A stretch of DNA of 64,000 nt, taken from NCBI GenBank assembly GCA_964016885.1, contig OZ024745.1:131998001-132062000 (forward strand), given 5' to 3'. Both the position numbers and the translations under genes were made by a program. How positions within the stretch are numbered: the first letter of the stretch is position 1; each line of letters starts with the position of its first letter. This stretch comes from Eledone cirrhosa (Eukaryota). Positions 53,431 to 64,000 of the stretch are shown piece by piece. The notes below the pieces were generated by a model. The model was not told where the DNA came from and ran no database searches. It saw only the letters and a program-made list of their open reading frames with translations.

Positions 53431-53534
53431 TCAGAAAAATAGAAAGATAAAGAGTGAGAAGAGGAAGGAAAGAAAAAAAGAAGAAAAAATACATACATGG
53501 GCATTCAGTCAGCCATTTTGGAGATTTCCTGTTT

Positions 53535-53835
53535 ATCATCATCATCATCGTTTAACGTCCATCTTCCACGCTAGCATGGGTTGGACGGTTTTGCCCCACT
53601 TGAGGCAAGATTGGTCGGTAGATCGTGTCTCGCTTGTACAGAACTGTCTCTGGCAGGTTTTCTGTGGCTGTATGCCCCTCCTAACACCAACCACATTTAC
53701 AGTGTGGACTGGGAGCCGTTTTACTGTGTCTCCTACATGACCACCTTACAGTGTGGACTGGGAGCCTTTTTACCATGTCACCTACACAACCACTTTACAG
53801 TGTGGACTGGGAGCCTTTTTACCATGCCACCTAAA
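53535..53835 (-). mobile_element. SINE/non-autonomous element with an RTE-like tail
   Basis: Reverse-complement homolog of 11590-11835, with three ~49-bp subrepeats. Confidence 0.7.
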
Positions 53836-54251
53836 TGGGAGGATGGAGTAGGGTGTGTGGGGTGGTGTGTATATTGGGTTAAGAGGTGCCATTGATATAT
53901 ACAGGTACTTAAGTTTCATTGGAATCTTCACCCCAACTCATTCAGTTTATCATATAATTAAAAATAGCTTCCCATCAAGGAGATTTTAGAAATTATAGGA
54001 GAGTTCTAAGGGTAGGTAATACCGAATTTATCTATAAATTATCTATAAATTAGTAATTAAAAGTTTAATATTAATGACATTAGTTATTATAAGTATCAAG
54101 GTTGAAATATCAAAAAATTAAAAATTTTACTGATGGGACTTAACCGATTTTGATACCAATTCAGCCAAAACTGGTTCTGCTTCTCTGAAGCCAAGCAATT
54201 TAATGGCTTCCTGTTTAAATTGAAATCTTCCAACATTATATAAGAAACATT

Positions 54252-54442
54252 GGCGGTGGATTGGCAGTATCGGTAAAGGTTCAGACGCCATGTTTTGCAA
54301 CAAAGAATTACGGCCCTTTATAGTCTGAGTTCAAATCCCGCTGAGGTTAACTTTGCCTTTCATCATTATGGGGTCGATAAAATAAAGTACCAGTAATGCA
54401 CTGGAGTAATTGCTGGCCTTGTGCCAAAAGTAGAAACAATTA
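54252..54442 (+). mobile_element. Full-length Nin/Deu-like SINE with a 17-bp TSD
   Basis: attatataagaaacatt at 54235-54251 and 54439-54455. Confidence 0.88.
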
Positions 54443-54649
54443 TATAAGAAACATTTATTAATTTATTATCTTAATGAAATAATTAATAATTTTAGCAAAT
54501 TACTTGTATTCTTAATTAATTAATTTTTTTTTGGACACACACATACACACACACATACACATACACAAAGAATTATCATATTGTTCACAGTTATATAAAT
54601 AACATTACAATTTGTCCACAATTCTTTCAAAATGAAAATATAACCACAT

Positions 54650-54836
54650 ATAATTGTTTCTACATTTGGCACAAGGCCAGCAATTACCCAGTGCATTACT
54701 GGTACTTTATTTTATCGACCCCGTAAGGATGAAAGGCAAAGTTAACCTCGGCGGGATTTGAACTCAGAATGGTAAGGGCCGTAACTCTATGCGTCAAAGC
54801 ATGGCATCCGACCCTCTACCGATACTGCCAATCCAC
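54650..54836 (-). mobile_element. Nin/Deu-like SINE
   Basis: Homolog of 16848-17035. Confidence 0.88.
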
Positions 54837-54977
54837 AAATACAATTAACTATTGCCAGGAACCTTACAAATATAACCACATATAATAAATACAATTAACT
54901 ATTGCCAGGAACCTTACAAATATAACCACATATAATAAATACAATTAACTATTGCCAGGAACCTTACAAATATAACA
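54837..54977. repeat. 50-bp tandem repeat, about 2.8 copies
   Basis: Unit aaatacaattaactattgccaggaaccttacaaatataaccacatataat. Confidence 0.9.
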
Positions 54978-55707
54978 CACCAAAATATGTAACCAGAGTG
55001 ACAGAATGAAGAAAAAAAAACAAGGGAAACCAAAAGCAAAATGACCATCAATTCACCACCAAGTGTGACAATCAGTCACCCATAAGAGCCAATGGAAAAT
55101 TTTGAGGCTTAATTAATTAATTGAAATAGAATTTCATAAGAAGTGTGGTAATGAAAGGGTTAATCATTGTTTTTCTTGTTTGTCAGGTGACTATGTTCCT
55201 GACAACAAAGTCACTTACAAATTATCTATGAAACTAGTTAAGTACTTTTGGAGACCGAACAGTACAATGAAATAGCAGATAAACATTGCTAGTAGCTAAT
55301 TCCAAAAGAAGCAATAGCAGGTGTTATATAGAAGAAATGTAGTTACTCAGTACTTAATGTTGTCTGACTCTTGTCTGCCAGAATATTGTACTTTTTCATT
55401 TTAAAATCCATTCTTGTAATGTCTAGCGTGATTACATTAAAATATTAGTCAAATGAAGTGGTTGGTGTGTGTGTGTTTGTATATATCACTTTTGTTTTCA
55501 TTCAGCATCATGTCATTCTTCATTGCTTTTCTCTAATATTATCTTCCATCAAAATAAAAAAAAAAAAGCAATGAGTACAGTTATGTCTGTTATTACTTAT
55601 GTAGCTTTGGAAAGAATGGTGAGACAAGTGATGGTTGTATATGGTGCCTAGCAGTGAGGAGGGAGAATTTATTATATAGGTGTGACCAATCTAAGAAATG
55701 GTAAAGA

Positions 55708-56060
55708 TTCTTCTTCTTCTTCTTCTTCTTCTTCTTCTTCTTCTTCTTCTTCTTCTTCTTCTTCTTCTTCTTCTTCTTCTTCTTCTTCTTCTTCTTCTTC
55801 TTCTTCTTCTTCTTCTTCTTCTTCACACACTTATTCCTGTAAGCGTCCTGGGGCAGAGTCCTCAAACACTTCTTCCAGCAGGTCCTGTCAGAAGCAACCA
55901 TCTCCAACTGATCCAGTTTGATCCCCAAGTAAGACCAGCCAAGCTCATGGATGTTATCCAACCATCAAACTTAGGGTCTCCTCCTGAGTCTCCCCCTGGG
56001 TCTCCTACCAGTTTGTTTTGTCAGTAAAATCTTTCCAGTGATTCTTTCTTGAGACATTAT
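55708..56060 (-). mobile_element. 3' end of an RTE-like LINE with a long (GAA)n tail
   Basis: Homolog of 36330-36660; the poly-K ORF is the tail. Confidence 0.72.
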
Positions 56061-56187
56061 AACAAAGATTGTTGTCTGTGTTTGACATTAAAAATATATT
56101 TATTATAATTGTTTGTAATAACAAGGTCCTTAAATGTTTCAACTTTTAGTTATTAAAAGGTATAAGTAATTATTTGACTCCTCATTT

Positions 56188-56276
<89 letters not shown>

Positions 56277-56287
56277 TATATATATAT

Positions 56288-56379
<92 letters not shown>

Positions 56380-56739
56380 GTGAGGTGTTTTTACAAAATG
56401 AAAAAAAAAATCGATGTGTCCTACATGAGTGAAAGTATAAGGAAAAAAAGATGAAATCGAAAATGCTGCTGGAGTCTTTGATTTCATCTGTTTTTCATAT
56501 ATATATATATATATATAAATATATCATCATCATATATATATAAATATTAATGTTGAGAATGCACTACTTAAACCAGTTGTAGATTTATATAGATTTGTGG
56601 AATATAGCTAGAGTATTGCGATGCCAATTTATTTAATTGGATATTGGAGTGTTTTGTAAAAAATTTGATTTCATATTAATTAGAAGTTTATTTGTAATTT
56701 CATGCCTGCAAATCTAAAGTATTTACTGAATAATGGTAA

Positions 56740-57045
56740 TGTCTTATTGGTGCCAGTGTATTTTACTCAAACAGCATCGTCTCCACTGGCTTGGTCATGT
56801 ACATTGGAAGCTAAATAGAAGGATCCCAAAAGACCTATGGTATACGGAACTGGCCACCGGTACAAGAGCACAAAGAAGACCTCATCTTCTCAAATGTAGT
56901 CACTGTACACAGGACAGCCACTTCAGTGTGGGCCTGTACAGCCACACCAGACACTGCACCTCTATCAGCAATTGACACAAAATTCTTTAGGCACAGATCC
57001 ATGGTATTTCGAGACTGATAGATGCTAATAATAATAATAATAATA

Positions 57046-57089
<44 letters not shown>

Positions 57090-57099
57090 AATGATGATG

Positions 57100-57100
<1 letters not shown>
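56740..57100 (+). mobile_element. RTE LINE C-terminal fragment with a C2H2-like end and AAT/GAT tail
   Basis: LKQHRLHWLGHV...RIPKDLWYTELATG.R..RRP, then CSHC...GLYSHTRHC. Confidence 0.75.
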
Positions 57101-57132
<32 letters not shown>

Positions 57133-57284
57133 CTTTCTTTATTAACCACAAGGGTTTACACAAAGTAGACATTAAGGATAGTACAGGACAATACAGGACG
57201 GTACAAAACGGCATTTCTGCATGTAAAAAAAGACGAGAAACAGAGGATGTAATAATAGAATAATAATAATAATAATAATAATAA
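57100..57284 (-). mobile_element. ~120-bp 3' stub of the Tx1 element embedded in (AAT)n
   Basis: Reverse complement of 27835-27955, with AAT repeats on both sides. Confidence 0.85.
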
Positions 57285-57436
57285 CACTCTATAAACTGGT
57301 TGGTGATAGGAAGAGTAACCAATCATAGAAAACTTGCCAAACAAAGAGTTGAGAGTACTCTTTAGTTGTGTCAAAGACAAGACAATGCTCTTAGTGCTGG
57401 TACTATGATAAACTGTATCTGGGGTATGCTGTAGAG

Positions 57437-60303
57437 CAGGGCTTGCCAACCTTTTGTGCAACATGCCCCACCTCAACATCTCAAACATTGTTATTCCCCC
57501 CTCCCTTTTGATATGGAAACAGTGATGATCAACTGCAAAGTGTAAACAAATTGGTGTATAGGTGGTGTTAGATACACAATGTCATATAGAGAAGGTCAGA
57601 CAGGAGTTTCTGACAGTGATATGTACCATATAGGTGGTGCCAGATATACAATAACATGTGGAGGAGGTGAGACAAGAGTTTCTGACAGTAATGTGTACCA
57701 TAGAGGTGGTGCCAAATACACAATAACATGTGGTGGAGGTGAGGCAGGAGTTTCTGACAGTAATATGTACCATATAGGTGGTGCCAGATATACAATAACA
57801 TGTGGAGGAGGTGAGACAGGAGTTTCTGACAGTAATGTGTACCATATAGGTGGTGCCAAATACACAATAACATGTGGTGAAGGTGAGGCAGGAGTTTCTG
57901 ACAGTAATCTGTACCATATAGGTGGTGCCAGATACACAATAACATGTGGAAGAGGTGAGAAAAGAGTTTCTGACAGTAATGTCTACCATATAGGTGGTGT
58001 CAGATACACAATAACATGTGGAGGAGGTGAGACAGGAGTTTCTGACAGTAATGTCTACCATATAGGTGGTGCCAGATACACAATAACATGTGGAGGAGGT
58101 GAGACAGGAGTTTCTGACAGTAATGTGTACTATATAGGTGGTGCCAAATACACAATAACATGTGGTGGAGGTGAGGCAGGAGTTTCTGACAGTAATGTGT
58201 ACCATATAGGTGGTGCCAAATACACAATAACATGTGGAAGAGGTGAGACAGGAGTTTCTGACAGTAATGTGTACCATATAGGTGGTGCCAGATATACAAT
58301 AACATGTGGAGGAGGTGAGAAAAGAGTTTCTGACAGTAATGTGTACCATAGAGGTGGTGCCAGATATACAATAACATGTGGAGGAGGTGAGACAGGAGTT
58401 TCTGACAGTAATGTGTACCATATAGGTGGTGCCAGATATACAATAACATGTGGAGGAGGTGAGAAAAGAGTTTCTGACAGTAATGTGTACCATAGAGGTG
58501 GTGCCAGATATACAATAACATGTGGAGGAGGTGAGACAGGAGTTTCTGACAGTAATGTGTACCATATAGGTGGTGCCAGATACACAATAACATGTGGAGG
58601 AGGTGAGACAAGAGTTTCTGACAGTAATGTGTACCATATAGGTGGTGCCAAATACACAATAACATGTGGAGGAGGTGAGACAGGAGTTTCTGACAGTAAA
58701 GTGTACCGTATAGGTGGTGCCAGATACACAATAACATGTGGAGGAGGTGAGACAAGAGTTTCTGACAGTAATGTGTACCATATAGGTGGTGCCAGATATA
58801 CAATAACATGTGGAGGAGGTGAGACAGGAGTTTCTGACAGTAATGTGTACCATATAGGCGGTGCCAGATATACAATAACATGTGGAGGAGGTGAGACAGG
58901 AGTTTCTGACAGTAAAGTGTACCATATAGGTGGTGCCAGATACACAATAACATGTGGAGGAGGTGAGACAGGAGTTTCTGACAGTAATGTATACCATATA
59001 GGTGGTGCCAGATATACAATAACATGTGGAGGAGGTGAGACAGGAGTTTCTGACAGTAAAGTGTACCATATAGGTGGTGCCAGATACACAATAACATGTG
59101 GAAGAGGTGAGACAGGAGTTTCTGACAGTAATGTCTACCATATAGGTGGTGGCAGATACACAATAACATGTGGAAGAAGTGAGACAGGAGTTTCTGACAG
59201 TAATGTGTACCATGTAGGTGGTGCCAGATATACAATAACATGTGTGGTGGAGGTGAGACGAGTTTCTGACAGTAATGTGTACCATATAGGTGGTGCCAGA
59301 TACACAATAACATGTGGAGGAGGTGAGACAGGAGTTTCTGACTGTAATGTGTACCATATAGGTGGTGCCAGATACACAATAACATGTGGTGGAGGTGAGG
59401 CAGGAGTTTCTGACAGTAATGTGTACCATATAGGTGGTGCCAAATACACAATAACATGTGGAGGAGGTGAGACAGGAGTTTCTGACAGTAATGTGTACCA
59501 TATAGGTGGTGCCAGATACACAATAACATGTGGAGGAGGTGAGACAAGAGTTTCTGACAGTAATGTGTACCATATAGGTGGTGCCAGATATACAATAACA
59601 TGTGGAGGAGGTGAGACAGGAGTTTCTGACAGTAATGTCTACCATATAGGTGGTGGCAGATACACAATAACATGTGGAAGAGGTGAGACAGGAGTTTCTG
59701 ACAATAATGTGTACCATATAGGTGGTGCTAGATATACAATAACATGTGGAAGAGGTGAGACGAGTTTCTGACAGTAATGTGTACCATATAGGTGGTGCTA
59801 GATACACAATAACATATAAAGAAGGTGAGACAGGAGTTTCTGATAGTATGGTTCCAGATACACAATAACATGTGGTGGAGGAGGTGAGACAGGAGTTTCT
59901 GACAGTATGGTGCCAGATACACAATAACATGTGGTGGAGGAGGTGAGACAGGAGTTTCTGACAGTATGGTGCCAGATACACAATAACATGTGGTGGAGGA
60001 GGTGAGACAGGAGTTTCTGACAGTAATGTGTACCATATAGGTGGTGCCAGATACACAATACCATGTGGAGGAGGTGATACAGGAGTTTCTGACAGTAATG
60101 TGTACCATATAGGTGGTGCCAGACACACAATAACATGTGGAGGAGGTGATACAGGAGTTTCTGACAGTACCAAAGTTGCCTTAGTTTAAAAGGTATAAAG
60201 TAAAACCTGAAGTTTGTTCTCATTAACTTAATTTTCAAATTACCTCCTTTAAATTTTCAAATTGCTCCCCTGTGGGGCATGCTCCCTATGTTGAGAAGCA
60301 TTG
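57437..60303. mobile_element. hAT (Charlie-like) MITE shell enclosing a tandem array
   Basis: Imperfect TIRs cagggcttgccaac and gttgagaagcattg; subterminal atgcccca/tggggcat; 8-bp flanks ctgtagag and ctttataa (5/8 match). Confidence 0.5.
57555..60168. repeat. 72-bp minisatellite, about 36 units, with 57-bp variants near the right end
   Basis: Unit GGTGGTGCCAGATACACAATAACATGTGGAGGAGGTGAGACAGGAGTTTCTGACAGTAATGTGTACCATATA. Confidence 0.97.
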
Positions 60304-60539
60304 CTTTATAAGAACTAATATATTATAAATGAACACTGAAAATATTATGTATATGATATTAAATTTTATAAACTTGTAAAATTAACCAGTTCAACAAACC
60401 GACTGATGGGAATTAGATCACATGTCTTTCATTTCTATATAAACTTTTCACCCCAGGCCAATCTTCGCTTAGACTTAAGATCAAAGGTGTTTATGCCATA
60501 CAATATAATTGTATTATTATGAATAAAATCTATAAAAAC

Positions 60540-61398
60540 CAAGAGTTGTGCTACCCCTCACTTATATTTGTTAACTCATCTAGTTGCAGTGGAAACAACA
60601 TCTGTCAAAATATCTATCAGCTTTCATACCTTGAATTATGTAGTCTGCTAAAGAAATCAAATTTAGGTTCGAACATTTTCCAAGCTATTGCACAAGAATC
60701 TTTTATTGTGGTTTCTGCTATAGTATGTAGTTCCTCGTTTTTGGCTTTTATTTGAGCAACTAAGTAACTTGTCTCTTGAGTTTTATCTGATGTTTTCAAT
60801 TTCCTGGAGAATACTGTAGATTGCTTCTTAATAGATTTTGAAATCTCCTTGAAGTATTCTAATAGATTTCCCAACAAATGATAATGCTTGAATGTAAAAT
60901 GACACTTTAATTTATTCAGCACCACACTTTCAATTGCAAGTATATCAACACAGAACAAACACTGAGGACAAGAAAATCTCTTGGCACCAGAAAATGTAAA
61001 ATCCAGTTTTATATAGTCTTCATTGTATAAACGAGGCTTAGAATATTTTTCTGTACATTTCTTATCTACCAATGCAGAACTTTTAGCATTTGTATTCCTT
61101 TGTAATCTTATCTGTTTGCATTATATTCTGTTGATTTTCAGTTATCTTCAACAACTTTTCGTTTGATAATTAAAAACTTATCCATCTTATCAAACAGGGA
61201 ATTATGAGATAAACATTTAAATATCATATGAAATGCCGCTAGTCATCTGTTTCATTACACACAAAGAGATGTTACAACTGAAATACACTTCATAGCCAAA
61301 TACTTAAACATTAATAAGATTTTATATAATTTGGTGACATACCTAAATATTATCAACAACTCACTAAAGACTTGCAACATGTTGTTTGGAAACCGCTG
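60540..61398 (-). mobile_element. hAT Charlie/Buster-type transposon 5' fragment (ZBED5/SCAND3-like transposase pseudogene)
   Basis: TIR cagcggtttccaaac at 61398-61384; MDKFL start at 61185; RLYNEDYIKL.F...PQCLFC...NKLKCHF..KH...SYLVA..IK...HTIAE..IK; frameshifted. Confidence 0.82.
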
Positions 61399-61774
61399 GT
61401 TTTCTCATATTGGTCTTAAATAAAACCTTATAATCTTAGAAAAGGAAAAAGAAATGAAGGAGAAAATAAATGGATTCATGGTGAGAAATATTGACAGGAT
61501 GTTCTTGGTTGATATATTAGGACAGAAATATAGAGAGGATGTTCTTGGTTGGGATGATATCAATCTTCTCATTCAACCACCCCTCACCTGGGGCTAAACA
61601 CAAAAAGCAACAAAGAAAAGAGATATAAACTCAGAATAGTATTCCTGAAAATACGTTTGCACAATAAGTAAGGTATGTGATTTAATCTTTGTTATGTGTT
61701 TGTAAGTATAAGTATATATTGTACCGTAACTCCTGAGGGAGTTGTAGGGTGCTGTATCGGCATATGGCATTTAT

Positions 61775-61927
61775 ATAATAATGTAATAATGAAATTATTG
61801 TGTACAATGCTCAGGTGCACTACAACTCATCAAATGTGCATGTATAATACATACAATAATGTCAGGAAAGTGAACAGTGTATGAGTCATGAATATACATG
61901 TGTGCATGTGTATGGACGGAAAATCAG
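61775..61927 (-). mobile_element. CR1 3'UTR fragment
   Basis: Reverse-complement homolog of 38845-39000. Confidence 0.75.
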
Positions 61928-62049
61928 CAACTCTAGAGCATTAAAAAAACCAGGCTAAGCCTATCTCTTCTCCAGGTCTGAGTACAGCAGATTTCTTTCA
62001 GAGAAGGATAGAGAGTCAGAGAACAGAAGTGAAAAAGAGATATAGAGAA

Positions 62050-62122
62050 CAAATTGACCACAGTAGTGGACTGGTACCTTTTTTATTGACCTGGAATGGA
62101 TGAAAGGCAAAGTTGACCTCGA
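62050..62122 (-). mobile_element. Degenerate Nin/Deu-like SINE fragment
   Basis: ctggtacc...ggatgaaaggcaaagttgacctcg. Confidence 0.6.
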
Positions 62123-62137
62123 AGTATAAGTATGATG

Positions 62138-62320
62138 CATTGGCTGTATCGGTAGAGAGTCGGACGCCATGCTTTCCAGCATGGTTACGTCCCTTTACAG
62201 TCTGAGTTCAAATCCCGTCAAGGTTAACTTTGCCTTTCATCCTTACGGGGTTGATAAAATAAAGTACCAGTAATACACTGGGATAATTGCTGGCCTTGTG
62301 CCAAAAGTAGAAACAATTAT
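62138..62320 (+). mobile_element. Nin/Deu-like SINE
   Basis: Homolog of 54252-54442. Confidence 0.85.
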
Positions 62321-63282
62321 TTTGAAAATAGATGTATTCTTGCAATGGGGTAGTGTATATGTGTGTACAGTAGGGGAATATGGCTGAAGTTGGGGGATAC
62401 CTTTGCACAATGGGTTTAACTTGGAAAGGATCATTACACACTATGATGGTCATTAAACCTGTAAGAAATAGGAAATATATCACATCCTACCATTTTAAAT
62501 AAGAAAAGGAGACTTTAAATGGTGTAATCCTTAAATGGTGTAATCCTTTCATCATAGGTTTATACATTCAGGGTTTAATTATGGCTAAATAAAAACAGTA
62601 ACAACAATGAACTTGCAATGAGACAAAAACTCACTCTAGACATATTTCATGTCTATAAACAACAATTTAAAAAAAAGATCAGCTAAACCAAATTTTTAGA
62701 AAAGAAAGACAATGTAGTTAAGAATGGAACTTGTATATATATATATGGACGGTGTAATATATATATATATATATATATATATTACACCGTCCATTATCAA
62801 ACCCCTAGATTCCTATCATTTTCTCTTGATCATTAACATCTTCTCTTACAACTAATACATGCTGACTATATATACTCACTTCACTTTTTCCTTCACTGCT
62901 CTCTATACACACATATACACTCTTATATTAACATACTTTTGTTCATAGCTTGATACTTTCATACACGCACACTCTTTTACTCACATATACACACACATTT
63001 CTTCTTAGCTTCATACAGACATATAATAACACACACAAATACACACACACACATGTTTACGCATGGGCACAAGTATATCTCTTTTTACAAAACGTTTTTT
63101 TTTCCATTTCAGGTAGACATACTCCATCATCCACTTTTCTAAAAAATAAATCATACACAAAACGCCAGCACTAACAGTTCTCCAAGAGATGTCAACATGA
63201 ATGGACCTGTTATTTTTATCTAAAGACATTTTTTCCAATTCCAACCTGCCCATCTCCTCAATCTATCTTATTTCTCATTCTT

Positions 63283-63318
63283 TCTTCTGATGAAGGACTA
63301 GCGTCCGAAACGTTAAGA
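63283..63318 (+). ncRNA. Minimal hammerhead motif of a Penelope-LTR-like fragment (63283-63416)
   Basis: tctt CTGATGA a ggac tagc gtcc GAAA cgt t aaga: stem I tctt/aaga, stem II ggac/gtcc, palindromic ACGT stem III. Confidence 0.6.
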
Positions 63319-63415
63319 CCCTCTTCCTGCTATATCAAGCGTTAAGCTAATATATCCCTACCATATACTGTACCGATTGTGTTGTTATTTCTGTTTACCT
63401 TTTACATATTGGCCG

Positions 63416-63787
<372 letters not shown>

Positions 63788-63794
63788 TCATATA

Positions 63795-64000
63795 TGAAGG
63801 CGCATGGCTTAGTGGTTAGAGCATCGGCCTTGCAATCGAAAGGTTGTGAGTTCAATTCTCAGACCGGGTGATGTGTGTTTCCTTGAGCAAGACACTTTAT
63901 TTCACATTGCTCCAGTTTACTCAGCTGTAGAAATGAGATGATAGGACTGGGGTCCCTATCATTCCACTGCAAAGTGGTCGTGGAGGTGCCATGGCAAAAA
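63795..64000 (+). mobile_element. tRNA-derived SINE (second family), running to the window end
   Basis: A-box tggcttagtgg, B-box-like gagttcaattc, central ccttgagcaagacactttatttcacattgctccagt. Confidence 0.8.

Larger units (their letters stand above)
54140..55163. mobile_element. piggyBac-like MITE interrupted by SINEs
   Basis: Start and end match 50373-50612; ends aaagggTTAA. Confidence 0.55.

Noticed and set aside
57555-60168. CRISPR array or bona fide 730/863-aa genes
   Set aside because: Units are contiguous with no unique spacers. Several frames on both strands are open only because the 72-bp unit lacks stops in them
60617-61072. Domesticated ZBED5/SCAND3-like gene
   Set aside because: Retains a TIR, is truncated and is frameshifted, so it is a transposon relic

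Overview
AT-rich, repeat-saturated animal genomic DNA (intergenic or intronic). I find no confidently supported host gene. The SINE families and the density of microsatellites suggest an octopus or other cephalopod (inference). Main contents: a full-length but mutated L1/Tx1-type LINE (~21.9-28.0 kb) fused to the tail of a second copy, plus two short stubs of the same family; several RTE fragments, one with a PHD finger; CR1, R4/Dong and CRE-like LINE relics; Penelope GIY-YIG and LTR fragments with hammerhead-like motifs; a Gypsy pol fragment next to a 99-bp inverted repeat carrying four TGACGTCA sites; pogo-, piggyBac- and hAT-type non-autonomous elements; a hAT transposase fragment; many SINEs; and 15-, 16- and 72-bp minisatellites. 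The best candidates for something new are a duplicated ~360-400-bp unit combining ATGCAAAT octamers with a type I hammerhead (retrozyme-like), apparent (AAT)n targeting by the Tx1 family, fold-back duplications seeded at (TA)n runs, and a 72-bp array expanded inside a hAT MITE. All calls were made by eye, with no database searches. Boundaries of degenerate elements are approximate.
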